DNA from: Mageeibacillus sp. UBA5436
GTDB taxonomy: Bacteria; Bacillota; Clostridia; Saccharofermentanales; DTU023
Assembly: GCA_002427545.1 (NCBI GenBank)
Contig: DIRM01000040.1
Span: 1 to 59,918, forward strand
Reading direction: 5' to 3'
DNA length: 59,918 nucleotides
Below the pieces are notes generated by a model. The model did not search any database and was not told the DNA's origin. It was given only the letters and a program-made list of their open reading frames with translations. Each line of letters starts with the position of its first letter. The first letter of the stretch is position 1. The position numbers were made by a program, and so were the translations under genes. Below, in pieces: positions 47,112 through 57,603 of the stretch.

Positions 47112-48520
47112 CGTGTGGTTACTCCTATATTTTTTGATTTGTTTTGATCTCCTTGTCGATCGAAACTCTTTTTTAATGTTTTATTTTCGAGTTGCCCCGA
47201 TTTTGATACACATAGTATCATGCCTATTTCAATAATAAATATGATATTGGAAGTTCCTCCATAACTAAAGAAAGGTAAAGTTATTCCTGTTGTCGGAATA
47301 ATCTTAACAGAGACTCCAACATTTAAAATAACTTGCAAGATTATTAAGAAAGAATAGCCCCAAGCAATCAAGCCTGAAAATAAATTATTTGCTTTTATTG
47401 CTATTCGTACACCTAAAATAAATTGAATAACAAATAATATCAATACTGTCATTGTGCCAATGTAGCCAAGTTCTTCTGCTATAGCAGGAAAAATATAATC
47501 ATTATAAATTTGAGGCAAATAATTGTATTTTTGTTTTCCTTTACCAAGACCAACTCCAGTTAAACCTCCCGTACCCATGGTGATTTCTGCTTGTCTTGTC
47601 TGATAGGATTGATCTTCAGAAACTTCATCTTCATCAGAAAAGGTTTCGATTCTTTGTTTAGAATGTGCAAATCGCTCATTAACAAAATCAAATAAAGTTT
47701 GGCCATCTTTAAATAGCGGAAAAACAATTGCTACAATTAATAGAAGTGCAACAATAATGGGTATCAATTGTAAAATACCGCTCAGCCAAGCTTTCCATGG
47801 AATTCTTGCTGCAACAAAAACCATAAAACATATGGCACCAAAAATTAAGGCTCCAGACAAATGTGGCTGTAAGACAATTAGGAACAACCAAAGACCCATT
47901 AATAAAGCTGGATATAAAACTAGAATTCTTCCATCTAACCAAAATTGTTGATGAGAATCTTTAGCCCGATATTTTCCAATAATTCGATTTTTTCTAATTT
48001 CAGAAAAATAACCAGCTAAAAAATACACGGCTACAAATTTTGCTATCTCTGAGGGTTGAAATTGAATACCAAAAATGGTAATCCAGCGTTGTGCTCCCAT
48101 TTGATTTGACCCAAATAAAAGAACAGCTGCTAAAGCTATCGTTGTAATAAAATAAATTAATTTATAAAAAGCTTTTCTTTGAAAGAATTTAATAGGGACA
48201 AAATTTGCTATTGATATAGCAATCATTAAACCGATACTCGAAAAGATTGTCTGTCTAACAAAATAATATTTTGTATTGTCTCGTTGGGTTGCAAAGCTTG
48301 TACTCATGCTTGCAGAAAATAGAATAATTAGGCCAAAACAAATGAGAACAAGACTTATCAAAAATAAAGGATAATCAATTCTGCGAAACGTTGCCATTTC
48401 TTTCATAAAATCTTGATCAAAATCAGTGTTTTCGACTTTTTTTTGATTTTGACTAGAATCAACGGTTAAATTGTATTGATTATTGTTGTTTCTATATATT
48501 TTATTCATTTTTATACCCAA
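47108..48520 (-). CDS. ftsW: SEDS-family peptidoglycan glycosyltransferase FtsW
   Basis: 470 aa, about 10 TM segments. QPSEIAKF and PFFSYGGTS motifs. Sits in the dcw cluster. Has an ~45-aa Asn/Gln-rich N-terminal extension, and the start is uncertain. Confidence 0.85.
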   Translation of the reverse strand: MGIKMNKIYRNNNNQYNLTVDSSQNQKKVENTDFDQDFMKEMATFRRIDYPLFLISLVLICFGLIILFSASMSTSFATQRDNTKYYFVRQTIFSSIGLMIAISIANFVPIKFFQRKAFYKLIYFITTIALAAVLLFGSNQMGAQRWITIFGIQFQPSEIAKFVAVYFLAGYFSEIRKNRIIGKYRAKDSHQQFWLDGRILVLYPALLMGLWLFLIVLQPHLSGALIFGAICFMVFVAARIPWKAWLSGILQLIPIIVALLLIVAIVFPLFKDGQTLFDFVNERFAHSKQRIETFSDEDEVSEDQSYQTRQAEITMGTGGLTGVGLGKGKQKYNYLPQIYNDYIFPAIAEELGYIGTMTVLILFVIQFILGVRIAIKANNLFSGLIAWGYSFLIILQVILNVGVSVKIIPTTGITLPFFSYGGTSNIIFIIEIGMILCVSKSGQLENKTLKKSFDRQGDQNKSKNIGVTTR

Positions 48521-48547
48521 GTAACATAATCTAACTTCATTGTTTAA

Positions 48548-49543
48548 TTACAATAAAGTTATTAACAAACTCAAAATCCCAATAACAATGGTAAATATAG
48601 AGTAATTTAATACGATTTTCTTTTCTGACCAACCACTTAATTCATAATGATGATGTAGCGGAGCCATTTTAAATAAACGCTTACCTTTTGTTGCTTTAAA
48701 ATAGAACACTTGCAGAAGTGTTGAAAATGCTTCTAAAATATAAATTAAACCTAAAGGAATCATAATCCAAGGAATTCCAGCTATGAGTGCAATGGCTCCA
48801 AAACATGCGCCTAATGCTTGTGAACCTGTATCTCCCATAAAAACTTTTGCCGGGTGTTTATTAAAAGGCAAGAAACCCAAAGATGCTGCTGTCAAAGCTA
48901 AACAAGCAGCTATCAAATATGGCATCTCTATTTTATTTGAAAGAGCAAAATATAGAAAAACTCCTAATAATACGCTAGTTATCGTCATTAAAGTAGAAAC
49001 CAAACCATCTACTCCATCTGTAATATTAACTGCATTTGACATAAAAAATAAATATAAAACAATAAAAACGAGGTATAAATATTTCCATTTGCCTGTAATT
49101 AAAATAGGTTTTTCTAAAAATGTGAAAATTAAAACTGTATCAATACCGGAAAACCATAAATACCAAACGGCAAATAAAATACAAACTATTAGTAAAGCAA
49201 TTGTTTTTTGAATAACTGATAAGCCTTCTTTGTTGATTCGCACTTTAATGTAATCATCAATAAAACCAACAAGTCCAAAAGCTAATGTTAAAAACATGGT
49301 AATACTATAAATAAGCCAATTAGAATTAATAATAGGTAATATAATTGCAGATAATGCAATTGGTATCAAAAAAAATAATCCCCCAAAAGTTGGAGTTCCT
49401 GTCTTTTTAAAATGAGTTTTAGGTCCATCTGAACGAACAGTTTGTCCTAAATGTAATCGCTTAATAATAGGTAAACCAATTTTTCCACAAAGTAAAGTTA
49501 AACCAAAAATGATGAGAGCATTTATCCAAATCAAAGAACTCAA
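48548..49543 (-). CDS. mraY: Phospho-N-acetylmuramoyl-pentapeptide transferase MraY
   Basis: 331 aa. KTGTPTFGG, NITDGVDGL, MGDTGSQALG and PLHHHYE motifs. Confidence 0.95.
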   Translation of the reverse strand: MSSLIWINALIIFGLTLLCGKIGLPIIKRLHLGQTVRSDGPKTHFKKTGTPTFGGLFFLIPIALSAIILPIINSNWLIYSITMFLTLAFGLVGFIDDYIKVRINKEGLSVIQKTIALLIVCILFAVWYLWFSGIDTVLIFTFLEKPILITGKWKYLYLVFIVLYLFFMSNAVNITDGVDGLVSTLMTITSVLLGVFLYFALSNKIEMPYLIAACLALTAASLGFLPFNKHPAKVFMGDTGSQALGACFGAIALIAGIPWIMIPLGLIYILEAFSTLLQVFYFKATKGKRLFKMAPLHHHYELSGWSEKKIVLNYSIFTIVIGILSLLITLL

Positions 49544-49545
49544 AA

Positions 49546-51009
49546 TTACACCTTGCTTTCAATTCTTTTTGAAATATTTTCCATATTATAAATACGAGAG
49601 CCTTTTACTAATATACAATCGCCTTCTCTTATTTCATTAATAATATCATTTGCTACTTCTTCAGAAGTCTCAAAACTTTTTATTGTTATTTCAGGATTAA
49701 TTTGCTTAACAGCCGCTGAAATCCATTGACTTTCCGGACCAACTAAATATAACAGATTAATATTTAAATCAGCAATTTTATATCCTATATTCGTATGTAA
49801 GTCCTCAGCATACTTTCCTAGTTCGCGCATGCCACTAATGCAAGCAATTTTTCTGCGATCACCAGCTAACATCGATAAAGTATCCAAAGCTGCCGTAACA
49901 GATTCTGGAGAGGAATTATATGAATCATCTATCATAATGTATTTTTTATTAATTACCATTCTTTGACGATTCCCTGTATTTGAAAAGTCTTGTGTCCCTT
50001 TTACTGCCACATCCATGTCTAAGCCTAAAGCATAAGCCGAAGCCAATCCAAACAAAGCTGCGCGAATTAAATACCTACCAGGCGTATTTATTTTTACAGG
50101 CCAAGCTACTTGTGGGTCAAGGCTTGTTTTAGCAATAAATGATGTTCCATCTATACCGATTTTAATATTTTCCGCCCAAAAAGCAGGAAAATTTTCATAA
50201 TCTTCACCAATATCCGTATATTCATTACAGATACGCCAAACAGTTGTACTTTTTTTGAATTTTAATGCCCATGCATTTAGATGAGTATCTTGACCATTAA
50301 TCAAAACAATACCATTACTTTTCATACCTGCGGTAATATCAGTTTTTTCTTTAAGGATTACCTCTCTACTTCCCAGATATTCTGCATGACTATAACCCAC
50401 ACTTGTAATAATCGCTATGTCTGGTCTTGCCACATTACTTAAAATTTTAATTTCACCACGATGATCCATACCCATTTCAGCAATAATAACTTCATCTTCA
50501 TCATCTGCTGAAAGCAAGGTTAAAGGTAAACCAATTTGATTGTTTTCATTTTTTGCTGTTTGATGTAATTTTAATTGAGTTTTTAAAATTGCAGCAATCA
50601 TACGTCTAGTCGTTGTTTTGCCCACACTCCCTGTAATACCAATAACAGGTGCTAAAAGGGTTGATCGATAACCTTCTGCAATTTTCTGATAGGCTTTTAA
50701 AGTATTCGATACAAGCAACAAGTCAGGAACGTTTTTTCCATGCATAATATCGTTATATAAGCTCATCGCTTTCTCACTTTTTTCGTTTAGCACAAGCATT
50801 TTAGCGCCTTTTTCTATGGCTAAATCAACAAAATCATGACCATCAAAATTTTCACCCGTCAAGGCCAAAAAAGCTTCACCCGAACGCAAAGAACGTGTAT
50901 CTGTTGAAATACCACGATAAAATCTTTCGCTATGTTGTTCCGCTTCTGGAGTTTGTATCAGCAAGCCTTGTGTCCAAGTTTGTAATTGTGCAGGTATTAA
51001 TCTTGGCAT
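49546..51009 (-). CDS. murF: UDP-MurNAc-tripeptide--D-alanyl-D-alanine ligase MurF
   Basis: 487 aa. ISTDTRSL..GEAFLALTGENFDGHDF and the P-loop GITGSVGKTTT are MurF-type (MurE has GTNGKTT). DDSYNSSP motif present. Confidence 0.85.
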   Translation of the reverse strand: MPRLIPAQLQTWTQGLLIQTPEAEQHSERFYRGISTDTRSLRSGEAFLALTGENFDGHDFVDLAIEKGAKMLVLNEKSEKAMSLYNDIMHGKNVPDLLLVSNTLKAYQKIAEGYRSTLLAPVIGITGSVGKTTTRRMIAAILKTQLKLHQTAKNENNQIGLPLTLLSADDEDEVIIAEMGMDHRGEIKILSNVARPDIAIITSVGYSHAEYLGSREVILKEKTDITAGMKSNGIVLINGQDTHLNAWALKFKKSTTVWRICNEYTDIGEDYENFPAFWAENIKIGIDGTSFIAKTSLDPQVAWPVKINTPGRYLIRAALFGLASAYALGLDMDVAVKGTQDFSNTGNRQRMVINKKYIMIDDSYNSSPESVTAALDTLSMLAGDRRKIACISGMRELGKYAEDLHTNIGYKIADLNINLLYLVGPESQWISAAVKQINPEITIKSFETSEEVANDIINEIREGDCILVKGSRIYNMENISKRIESKV

Positions 51010-51037
51010 ATGTTCCCCCTCAAATAATTATCATTTT

Positions 51038-53638
51038 TTAATCAGCGGAAACCGATTCTAAAACAATATTTATTGTACTCCCTCTTTGTACTAAAGATAA
51101 ATCATTATCTATATCTGTTGTTTCATTATCTATACTTACTTGATTGTCTTCCGTTTGATCATCATTAATAGTGATAACGGAATAATCATACAATATTGAT
51201 TGCGAAACGGCTAAACCAGACATATCTCCTTCAAATATACATGTGACGCCTGCACTATTTGCAGCAATCATACATTCATTAAAATTTTTACCTGTAAAGT
51301 CAGGTACCGAAACGAGATCTTGTTCAATGTTTAAATTCGGGTAAACATAAACATTTGATCCATAATGTACTTCTGTCCCTGCTGCAGGTATCATTGAAAT
51401 AATAGTATCTTCCAATTTCATATTATCAACGCCAGATACTAAATTAATCGATTGATAGTTTAAAGCATTCATTGCTTCTTCCAAACTAAAGCCATTTAAT
51501 TCAGGTAAAGCTACTTTTTCTTCCATTGTTTCTAACTGTTCATCTGTGTAATTTCTCTCAACATTAAGATGATCTAAGGTGAAATCCATTATACTTGATA
51601 CATTACTAATTAAAGAATCACTGCCAACATCAGGAGCATCTGAATCAAGTGCCACAATTAATACCATTATCTCTGGATCATTAATTGGAGCAAAGCTAGC
51701 ATAAGATATTGTTAAAGCATCCGTTGCCTCATTTACAGAAGTTGATGTTTTTCCGCCTAATTCATAACCGCCTGAAACACGGTTATAACCTTGCAAACTA
51801 TCGTTTCTAGCAAGTAATTTATTAACTCGTTCCGAAGTTTTTTCAGAGATAACCCTTCTTTCAATTTGTGTTTCAGAGCTCTCAATGATTGCATTTTGAT
51901 CATTACTTATTTGTTTAATGATGGTTGGTTTAATTAAATTTCCACCGTTAACGATAGCGGACAATGCTTTTGAATAACTCATTAAATTCATACTAGATTG
52001 TTCTCCAAAAGCCAAAGTTGCTAAATCAATTTCTGTTGGGTTTTCATGAAAAATATTATCAATTTCGCCCGGAAGTTCGACACCTGATTGTTGTTTTAAC
52101 CCTAGAGCCTCCACATAACTATAAAAAGTATCAATACCGAGATCTAGAGCAACTTGTACAAATGGTGGATTAAGTGAATATAAAAAAGCATCTTGCAAAG
52201 TTAATTCACCAAATAAATTATCATCGGTCCAACTTTTAATGGTATAGTCTAAAACTTGAATCGGTTGATCACTATAAATTTTTTCTTCTGAAGCAATATT
52301 TTCTTCTAGCCCCATAGATAATGTTATCGTTTTAAAAGTTGATCCTACTTCATATAAATAAGAAATAACCTTATTTGTCCAATAATTTTTCATCAATAAA
52401 TCAATCGTGTCTTGTGTCTCTGGTTTAAAAGGGCTTTCATCATCCCAGTCATCTGGTTTTGCTGTAGGGTCTGAACTACTAAAATAGGGATAGGATGCCA
52501 TGGCTAAAACTTCACCAGTTTTAACATTTAATACAATACCCATCCCGCCATCTCTAGCTCCCAAAGATCCAGCTGCACTTTGAACATGTTCTTGTAATTC
52601 TTTACTAATATCATAATCAATCGTTAAGTAAACATTATTGCCATTTTCTGTATCTAATTCTGTTGATTGTGTAAAAGGAAGAGTTCCTGAATTCAAATAA
52701 TTATCTTTTGCCGCAAAGAGATAGCCGGTTTTACCACTTAAAACATCGTCTAATTGATATTCTATCCCCAGACGTCCCTGTAATCCATTTTCATCCGAAC
52801 TAGCAAAACCTATTACTTGACTGGCTACATCATCATTGTAATACACTCTTTGTGGTTCAGCATCTAAACGCACACCGCCTATATTATTAATTTCTAAATA
52901 TTGATCTAAAAGGCTAGCCTGCTCTTGTGAGATTTTATTTGCTATTTGGATATAACTTTCATCGGTTTTTGCAAGTTCTTCTTTCAGTTCATCTTCATTT
53001 ATTTTCAATATGCTTGCCATCGTATTTGCTATTTCATCTTTAGATTGAGATTCATAACTAGAATAAACATGTTTTGGTGTAATACCAATTCTAAAAACAT
53101 TCGTGGTTGTTGCAAGCAATTTGCCATTACGATCATAAATATCGCCACGTTTAGAAGGCAAAGATGTCTTACTATAATATTGACTATTTGCTTTTTCTGT
53201 CATTTCATTTGATTTAAGCACTTGTGCATCAAATAAAGCGATAGCATAATAAACAAATAGCCCTAATATCATGACAGAAATAATGATAACTCCAGGATTA
53301 TTAAATCTAATATTCTTTCTTTTTTCAGGTTTTCTCTTCTTTTTATATGCTGTCTTTACATCGTTATGTATATTCTTGTTTGAGTTGAAAAAAAAGTTTT
53401 TATTATTTTGATTATTAGATTGCTTGTGAAGTTGTTTACTTTGAGATCTTTGACTATTATTATCGTTCTGTTTTATATTTTTCGAAACAGAATTGCGGTT
53501 AATATGATTAGAATTTCGATTTGATCTTTGAGATTCATTCTGACGCGAAGAAACAAGAGACTCATTTTTTGAATAAGTTTCTCTTGTTTGTGGTCTTTTT
53601 TTATTTAGATTTTTTTTATTATCTCTTCGATCAGTCAT
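51038..53638 (-). CDS. ftsI: Class B penicillin-binding protein (PBP2B/FtsI-type) with two C-terminal PASTA domains
   Basis: 866 aa. ~110-aa basic Asn/Ser/Lys-rich N-terminus, then a TM segment. SxxK (GSTFK), SxN (SLN) and KTS (GGKTSTS) motifs. PASTA-like repeats (LPELNGFSLEEAMNAL, VPDFTGKNFNECMIAA). Confidence 0.85.
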   Translation of the reverse strand: MTDRRDNKKNLNKKRPQTRETYSKNESLVSSRQNESQRSNRNSNHINRNSVSKNIKQNDNNSQRSQSKQLHKQSNNQNNKNFFFNSNKNIHNDVKTAYKKKRKPEKRKNIRFNNPGVIIISVMILGLFVYYAIALFDAQVLKSNEMTEKANSQYYSKTSLPSKRGDIYDRNGKLLATTTNVFRIGITPKHVYSSYESQSKDEIANTMASILKINEDELKEELAKTDESYIQIANKISQEQASLLDQYLEINNIGGVRLDAEPQRVYYNDDVASQVIGFASSDENGLQGRLGIEYQLDDVLSGKTGYLFAAKDNYLNSGTLPFTQSTELDTENGNNVYLTIDYDISKELQEHVQSAAGSLGARDGGMGIVLNVKTGEVLAMASYPYFSSSDPTAKPDDWDDESPFKPETQDTIDLLMKNYWTNKVISYLYEVGSTFKTITLSMGLEENIASEEKIYSDQPIQVLDYTIKSWTDDNLFGELTLQDAFLYSLNPPFVQVALDLGIDTFYSYVEALGLKQQSGVELPGEIDNIFHENPTEIDLATLAFGEQSSMNLMSYSKALSAIVNGGNLIKPTIIKQISNDQNAIIESSETQIERRVISEKTSERVNKLLARNDSLQGYNRVSGGYELGGKTSTSVNEATDALTISYASFAPINDPEIMVLIVALDSDAPDVGSDSLISNVSSIMDFTLDHLNVERNYTDEQLETMEEKVALPELNGFSLEEAMNALNYQSINLVSGVDNMKLEDTIISMIPAAGTEVHYGSNVYVYPNLNIEQDLVSVPDFTGKNFNECMIAANSAGVTCIFEGDMSGLAVSQSILYDYSVITINDDQTEDNQVSIDNETTDIDNDLSLVQRGSTINIVLESVSAD

Positions 53639-53646
53639 TCTACCAT

Positions 53647-54291
53647 TTAATCCTGCTTTCTCAATTTGTTCATATAGAGCTCAATTTGAGCAGCATCATA
53701 GATATTTTCATTAGTAGTTTTATTTGCGTCTGCATCACTATCTAATGTATTTTTATTCGAATTATAAGTAATGACTCTATCTACCTCTGGTATGCTTACA
53801 TGAATTTTTTGGGATTGTGCAGGTTTACGTAACCCATATAATTTAAATGCTTCTGCCTCTATCTCGGTCAAATTTATTTGAGAAAGCATATTTTCATATT
53901 GATCAGAATTAGATTTTTTAATATCGCTTATTTCATTTTTAATTCTTGTATTTTGAAAATTTTGTTCAACAATTTTTGATTGGCGTAACATTAAAAAAGC
54001 AAACATACAAGCAATCATAGTGATGCCTACAATACAATACGTTACTGTTTTAAAATGTTCTTTACCAACATTGCGATGGATACGCCTAATAGCAATATCC
54101 CTTGCAGCTTCTTGTCTTTCAATTCTTCGTTTTTCACGCTCAATTTCTGCTTCGCGTTTTTGAGGAAATTCTGGTAGTTCATAAGGAATCTCTGGTAAAG
54201 CTGAAGAACGCAAAGAATCGGCTGAAAAAAAATCTTGTTCTTTTTCATCCGATATTTTATAGGCAAGATTACCATCTACTCTATATTTCAT
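53647..54291 (-). CDS. ftsL: FtsL-like division protein (cytoplasmic extension, single TM, extracellular coiled coil)
   Basis: 214 aa. TM segment TYCIVGITMIACMFAFLML followed by a heptad region and ...AEAFKLYGLRKPAQSQ. Sits between rsmH and the division PBP. Confidence 0.6.
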   Translation of the reverse strand: MKYRVDGNLAYKISDEKEQDFFSADSLRSSALPEIPYELPEFPQKREAEIEREKRRIERQEAARDIAIRRIHRNVGKEHFKTVTYCIVGITMIACMFAFLMLRQSKIVEQNFQNTRIKNEISDIKKSNSDQYENMLSQINLTEIEAEAFKLYGLRKPAQSQKIHVSIPEVDRVITYNSNKNTLDSDADANKTTNENIYDAAQIELYMNKLRKQD

Positions 54292-54308
54292 ATTTTTCCT
54301 CTTTCAAT

Positions 54309-55259
54309 TTAATTCATTTTAAAGACTCTTAATCTAGCACTTCTCGATCTTTGATTCTGTTGAATTTCTTCATTTTGTGCGACAATGCCCTTCCGTTTTA
54401 AAATTTTTCCAATTGGTTTTTTTCCACATACACAAATCGGAAAATCGGGTGGACAAGTACAAGGGTTTTCCCATTTTTGAAAAATATGTTTGACGATACG
54501 ATCTTCAAGAGAATGAAAAGTAATAATATCAATAACACCATTTTCAGCCATACAATCAGGTAAATCATTTAATAATTTTTCAATTTCATCCAATTCTTGA
54601 TTAACATAAATGCGAATTGCTTGAAATGTTCTTTTTGCTGGATGCTGTTCTCTTTTGCTCTTAGCTGGCATCACCTGTTTAATAATTTCTACTAATTCAA
54701 AAGTTGTTTGAATTGGTTTTAATGCCCTCTTAGAAACAATATTTCGCGCAATACGATCTGCAAATTTTTCTTCACCATACACATGAATGACTTCTGCAAG
54801 TTTTTCTTGAGATGCATTATTAACAAAATCGTATGCATTCATCCCGCTTTCAGAATTCATTCGCATATCTAAATCTCCATCTTTTTGAAAAGAAAAACCG
54901 CGCGAAGCGGTATCAATCTGATGCGAAGAAACTCCCAAATCTGCTAAAACCCCATCAATACGAGTAATATTTAATTTGGTTAAAATTTCTTTGATATTAG
55001 AAAATTTATCTTGTACCAAAATATATTGAGCCTTTAACTCATTTAAGCTTTCAAGTTTCTTGTTTGTTTCAAGGAGAGCTTCAGAATCTTGATCTATTGC
55101 AATCAAAATTCCTTTTTCATTTAATTGTTTTATTATTCCTGAGCTATGACCACCGCCGCCTGCAGTACAGTCAACATATACGCCTTCGGGTTTAATCGAA
55201 AGCGTTTCGAGTACCTCATTATACAGGACTGGTAAATGATAATTAGAGTCCTTGTACAT
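54309..55259 (-). CDS. rsmH: 16S rRNA (cytosine1402-N4)-methyltransferase RsmH (MraW)
   Basis: 316 aa. HLPVL, DCTAGGGGHS, DLGVSSHQID and SFHSLEDR-like TFHSLEDRIVK. Confidence 0.95.
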   Translation of the reverse strand: MYKDSNYHLPVLYNEVLETLSIKPEGVYVDCTAGGGGHSSGIIKQLNEKGILIAIDQDSEALLETNKKLESLNELKAQYILVQDKFSNIKEILTKLNITRIDGVLADLGVSSHQIDTASRGFSFQKDGDLDMRMNSESGMNAYDFVNNASQEKLAEVIHVYGEEKFADRIARNIVSKRALKPIQTTFELVEIIKQVMPAKSKREQHPAKRTFQAIRIYVNQELDEIEKLLNDLPDCMAENGVIDIITFHSLEDRIVKHIFQKWENPCTCPPDFPICVCGKKPIGKILKRKGIVAQNEEIQQNQRSRSARLRVFKMN

Positions 55260-55683
55260 TGAATCTGGTCAAATCTAAATCGCTTAAAGAACCAATTTTC
55301 TCCAATGAGTTTTCATAGAATTCTTTAGAACAAATATCTAATTTATCATACATATCTATAAAACAAATTTCTTCACCTGCTTTAACACCAATCCAATTTA
55401 AAAGGTTCTCACTTAAGCTGATACGACCTTGTGAATCAAAAGAACATTCTATTGCTTCACCAATAATCGCTCTTTTTAACAGCCGTACTTCTGGATCAGT
55501 ACCTGACAAGGCAGAAAGTTGTTCTCTAATTAATTTAAATTGCTCAGGAGTATATGCCGATAAAAAATTATCATCCAAACTTAAAGTCACAAATAGTACA
55601 CCATCAAGATTTTCTCTTAATCTTGCAGGTACAATTACGCGACCTTTTTTATCGATTGTATGCGTGTAACGTGCCATCGGCAA
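55243..55683 (-). CDS. mraZ: Transcriptional regulator MraZ
   Basis: 146 aa. Two SpoVT/AbrB-like halves (HTIDKKGRVIVPARLR and FDSQGRISLSENL). Start is TTG 55683 or ATG 55677. 17-nt overlap with rsmH. Confidence 0.9.
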   Translation of the reverse strand: MPMARYTHTIDKKGRVIVPARLRENLDGVLFVTLSLDDNFLSAYTPEQFKLIREQLSALSGTDPEVRLLKRAIIGEAIECSFDSQGRISLSENLLNWIGVKAGEEICFIDMYDKLDICSKEFYENSLEKIGSLSDLDLTRFNVQGL

Positions 55684-55702
55684 TTATTTCATAGCAAATT
55701 TA

Positions 55703-55749
55703 CCACTTTCCACCACTTAATGTGATTCATCTGCTACTTCCCTCCACTT
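55703..55749 (-). promoter_or_regulatory. Phased AAGT(G/A)G direct-repeat array (candidate MraZ operator)
   Basis: Minus strand, read in 10-nt blocks: TAAGTGGAGG GAAGTAGCAG ATGAATCACA TTAAGTGGTG GAAAGTGGTA. Four of five blocks carry AAGT(G/A)G at about 10-bp phasing. The array starts right after the predicted -10. Confidence 0.55.
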
Positions 55750-55756
55750 AAATTGC

Positions 55757-55785
55757 ATTTTAGACTATTTTGCTCCCTTCTGCAA
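55757..55785 (-). promoter_or_regulatory. Sigma-A-type promoter of the mraZ/dcw operon
   Basis: Minus strand: TTGCAG (55785-55780), 17 nt, TAAAAT (55762-55757). Confidence 0.55.
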
Positions 55786-55863
55786 CCCAAAAAGCTGAAA
55801 ATCAATAATAATCATCTTAGAATTTATCAATAATCTTTATTAGAATAACGAATTCATGTATTC

Positions 55864-55898
55864 AAAAAAAGAGTTGAAAATAAATGATTTTCAACTCT
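55864..55898 (-). terminator. Rho-independent terminator after the YARHG-domain gene
   Basis: Minus strand: AGAGTTGAAAA-tcattta-TTTTCAACTCT (11-bp stem) followed by TTTTTTT. Confidence 0.8.
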
Positions 55899-55968
55899 TA
55901 AATATTTCGTTTTTTTGTTTATTTTTTCTTTATTTCTCGAGACGATAGGAATCCCTTTAATCCATTAT

Positions 55969-57594
55969 TTAATTATACCTTGCGTTTCTTTCTATGGATA
56001 AACGGTCAATATTTGTTGATTCTATAGCATTAAAAACACCTGGATCAAACAAATCTCCTGGTACCGCCGCAACATACCATTCATATTGATTGTAATAATT
56101 TACCGTATCTGCTGATTGAAAAATAAATCCATGTCTAGCATAAATTTCGTTTATTGCATATTTTATTTCATCATCAGTAAGATTTTCTATGATTGATTCA
56201 TCAATCAATGATTCAGAACTAAAAGGAAAGATAATGCCTGGTTGTCCATATTCTACTTCATAATAAGTTGGTTCTACTTCAATTGGTTCTTCAGTCGGTA
56301 TTTCTGTAGGTATTTCAGTTGTTGTTTGAGTCGTTGTTGCAGGATCCTCTTCTAGCCCTTCTACAACAAATGTTTTATTTTCATAAGCTAATTTGACACC
56401 CAGATTGCTTAATAAAGATTGATTAATATCTCCGTTTTTACTTTCCACTGTTACTTCAATCACATCATCATTTTTTAAATTTTGCTCTGGAGAATAAGTA
56501 AATATGATATCTTCAGGCAAATTATAATTAGTTTTCTTTGTATATTCGACAATTCCTTGGCCATTATAACCTGAGAAAACAACATCTATTTGTTCAAAAA
56601 CATCAATAACATCCGCCTCTAAAAGATTTTCTACTGTTTGTTCTAAATCTTTATATTGAAGTTGAACTTGCCATTTTTCTTTTGCCTTTTCTTCATCGGC
56701 AATAAGTTTTAATTCAATTTGATCTCCATTTGATAAATGATTTGATTTATTAAATTCATATTTAATAATATCATCAAAGAAGTCTTGACCAATTCTATCA
56801 TCGATTGTTTGAGATTTATCTAAAAATAAATTTTGAATCTTTTGTAAATATTTTGATGTGTTTTTTAAATCATATTCATAATTTTTCTGCAATAGTAAGC
56901 CATAATCTTTTGATAATTTTTGATAATCAATTTGTAGATTTGCTTCAGCCGCAGAATTATATCCTTCTATGTCAATTGAAATATAATCATTAATATTGAT
57001 AGTTTGTTGAGTTGTTGGCATAAACAAGAATGTCAAAAAAACTATTAATATAATAATTATTATACCAAGAGTGATGGAAAGACCTTTTTTTGTTTTTTTC
57101 TTTTTTATGACTTTTTGATCTGCTTCAGAAGTTGATGTATGGGGCAGTTGGGATTCTGAAATATCATTATTAGAAACATTTTGAGTTGATTCATTTATTG
57201 CATCATCCAATGATTCATCAGCAGGAATTTGAGATGCCTCAGGATTTACATTTTGAATATCATGAATGGAATTCTCTTTTATTTCAAACGCTGAATCGTA
57301 TTCATTCTCGTTTACTAAATCTTTTGTCGAATCAGGAGATATTTCCTCAAGATTTTTATAATCAGTATCCTGAACATGTTCTAAAGCTTGTTGTTGAGAT
57401 TCATCTTTTTCAATTCTTTCATCATCTATTATTTCTTGATCTTGGTCTTGATGCAGTTTTTCATTTTCATCTGCTATCTCTTCCTGATCTTCATTACTAT
57501 TTTCAAAATTCACATAGTGTTTATTCTCAAAACCACAATAAGGACAAAATTTTTCTCTATTTGAAATGAGCCTACCACAATTTAAACAATACAT
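55969..57594 (-). CDS. Zinc-ribbon / single-TM / extracellular protein with C-terminal YARHG domain
   Basis: 541 aa. N-terminal CLNCG...CPYCG zinc ribbon, an acidic low-complexity region, and a TM segment (GLSITLGIIIIILIVFLTFLF). The C-terminal IYARHGFIF matches the YARHG domain signature. Confidence 0.7.
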   Translation of the reverse strand: MYCLNCGRLISNREKFCPYCGFENKHYVNFENSNEDQEEIADENEKLHQDQDQEIIDDERIEKDESQQQALEHVQDTDYKNLEEISPDSTKDLVNENEYDSAFEIKENSIHDIQNVNPEASQIPADESLDDAINESTQNVSNNDISESQLPHTSTSEADQKVIKKKKTKKGLSITLGIIIIILIVFLTFLFMPTTQQTININDYISIDIEGYNSAAEANLQIDYQKLSKDYGLLLQKNYEYDLKNTSKYLQKIQNLFLDKSQTIDDRIGQDFFDDIIKYEFNKSNHLSNGDQIELKLIADEEKAKEKWQVQLQYKDLEQTVENLLEADVIDVFEQIDVVFSGYNGQGIVEYTKKTNYNLPEDIIFTYSPEQNLKNDDVIEVTVESKNGDINQSLLSNLGVKLAYENKTFVVEGLEEDPATTTQTTTEIPTEIPTEEPIEVEPTYYEVEYGQPGIIFPFSSESLIDESIIENLTDDEIKYAINEIYARHGFIFQSADTVNYYNQYEWYVAAVPGDLFDPGVFNAIESTNIDRLSIERNARYN

Positions 57595-57603
57595 ACTGCC
57601 TCC

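Noticed and set aside
49546-51009. Calling this Mur ligase murE because of its position after the division PBP
   Set aside because: The P-loop GITGSVGKTTT and the GENFDGHDF N-terminal motif are MurF-type. MurE enzymes have GTNGKTT.
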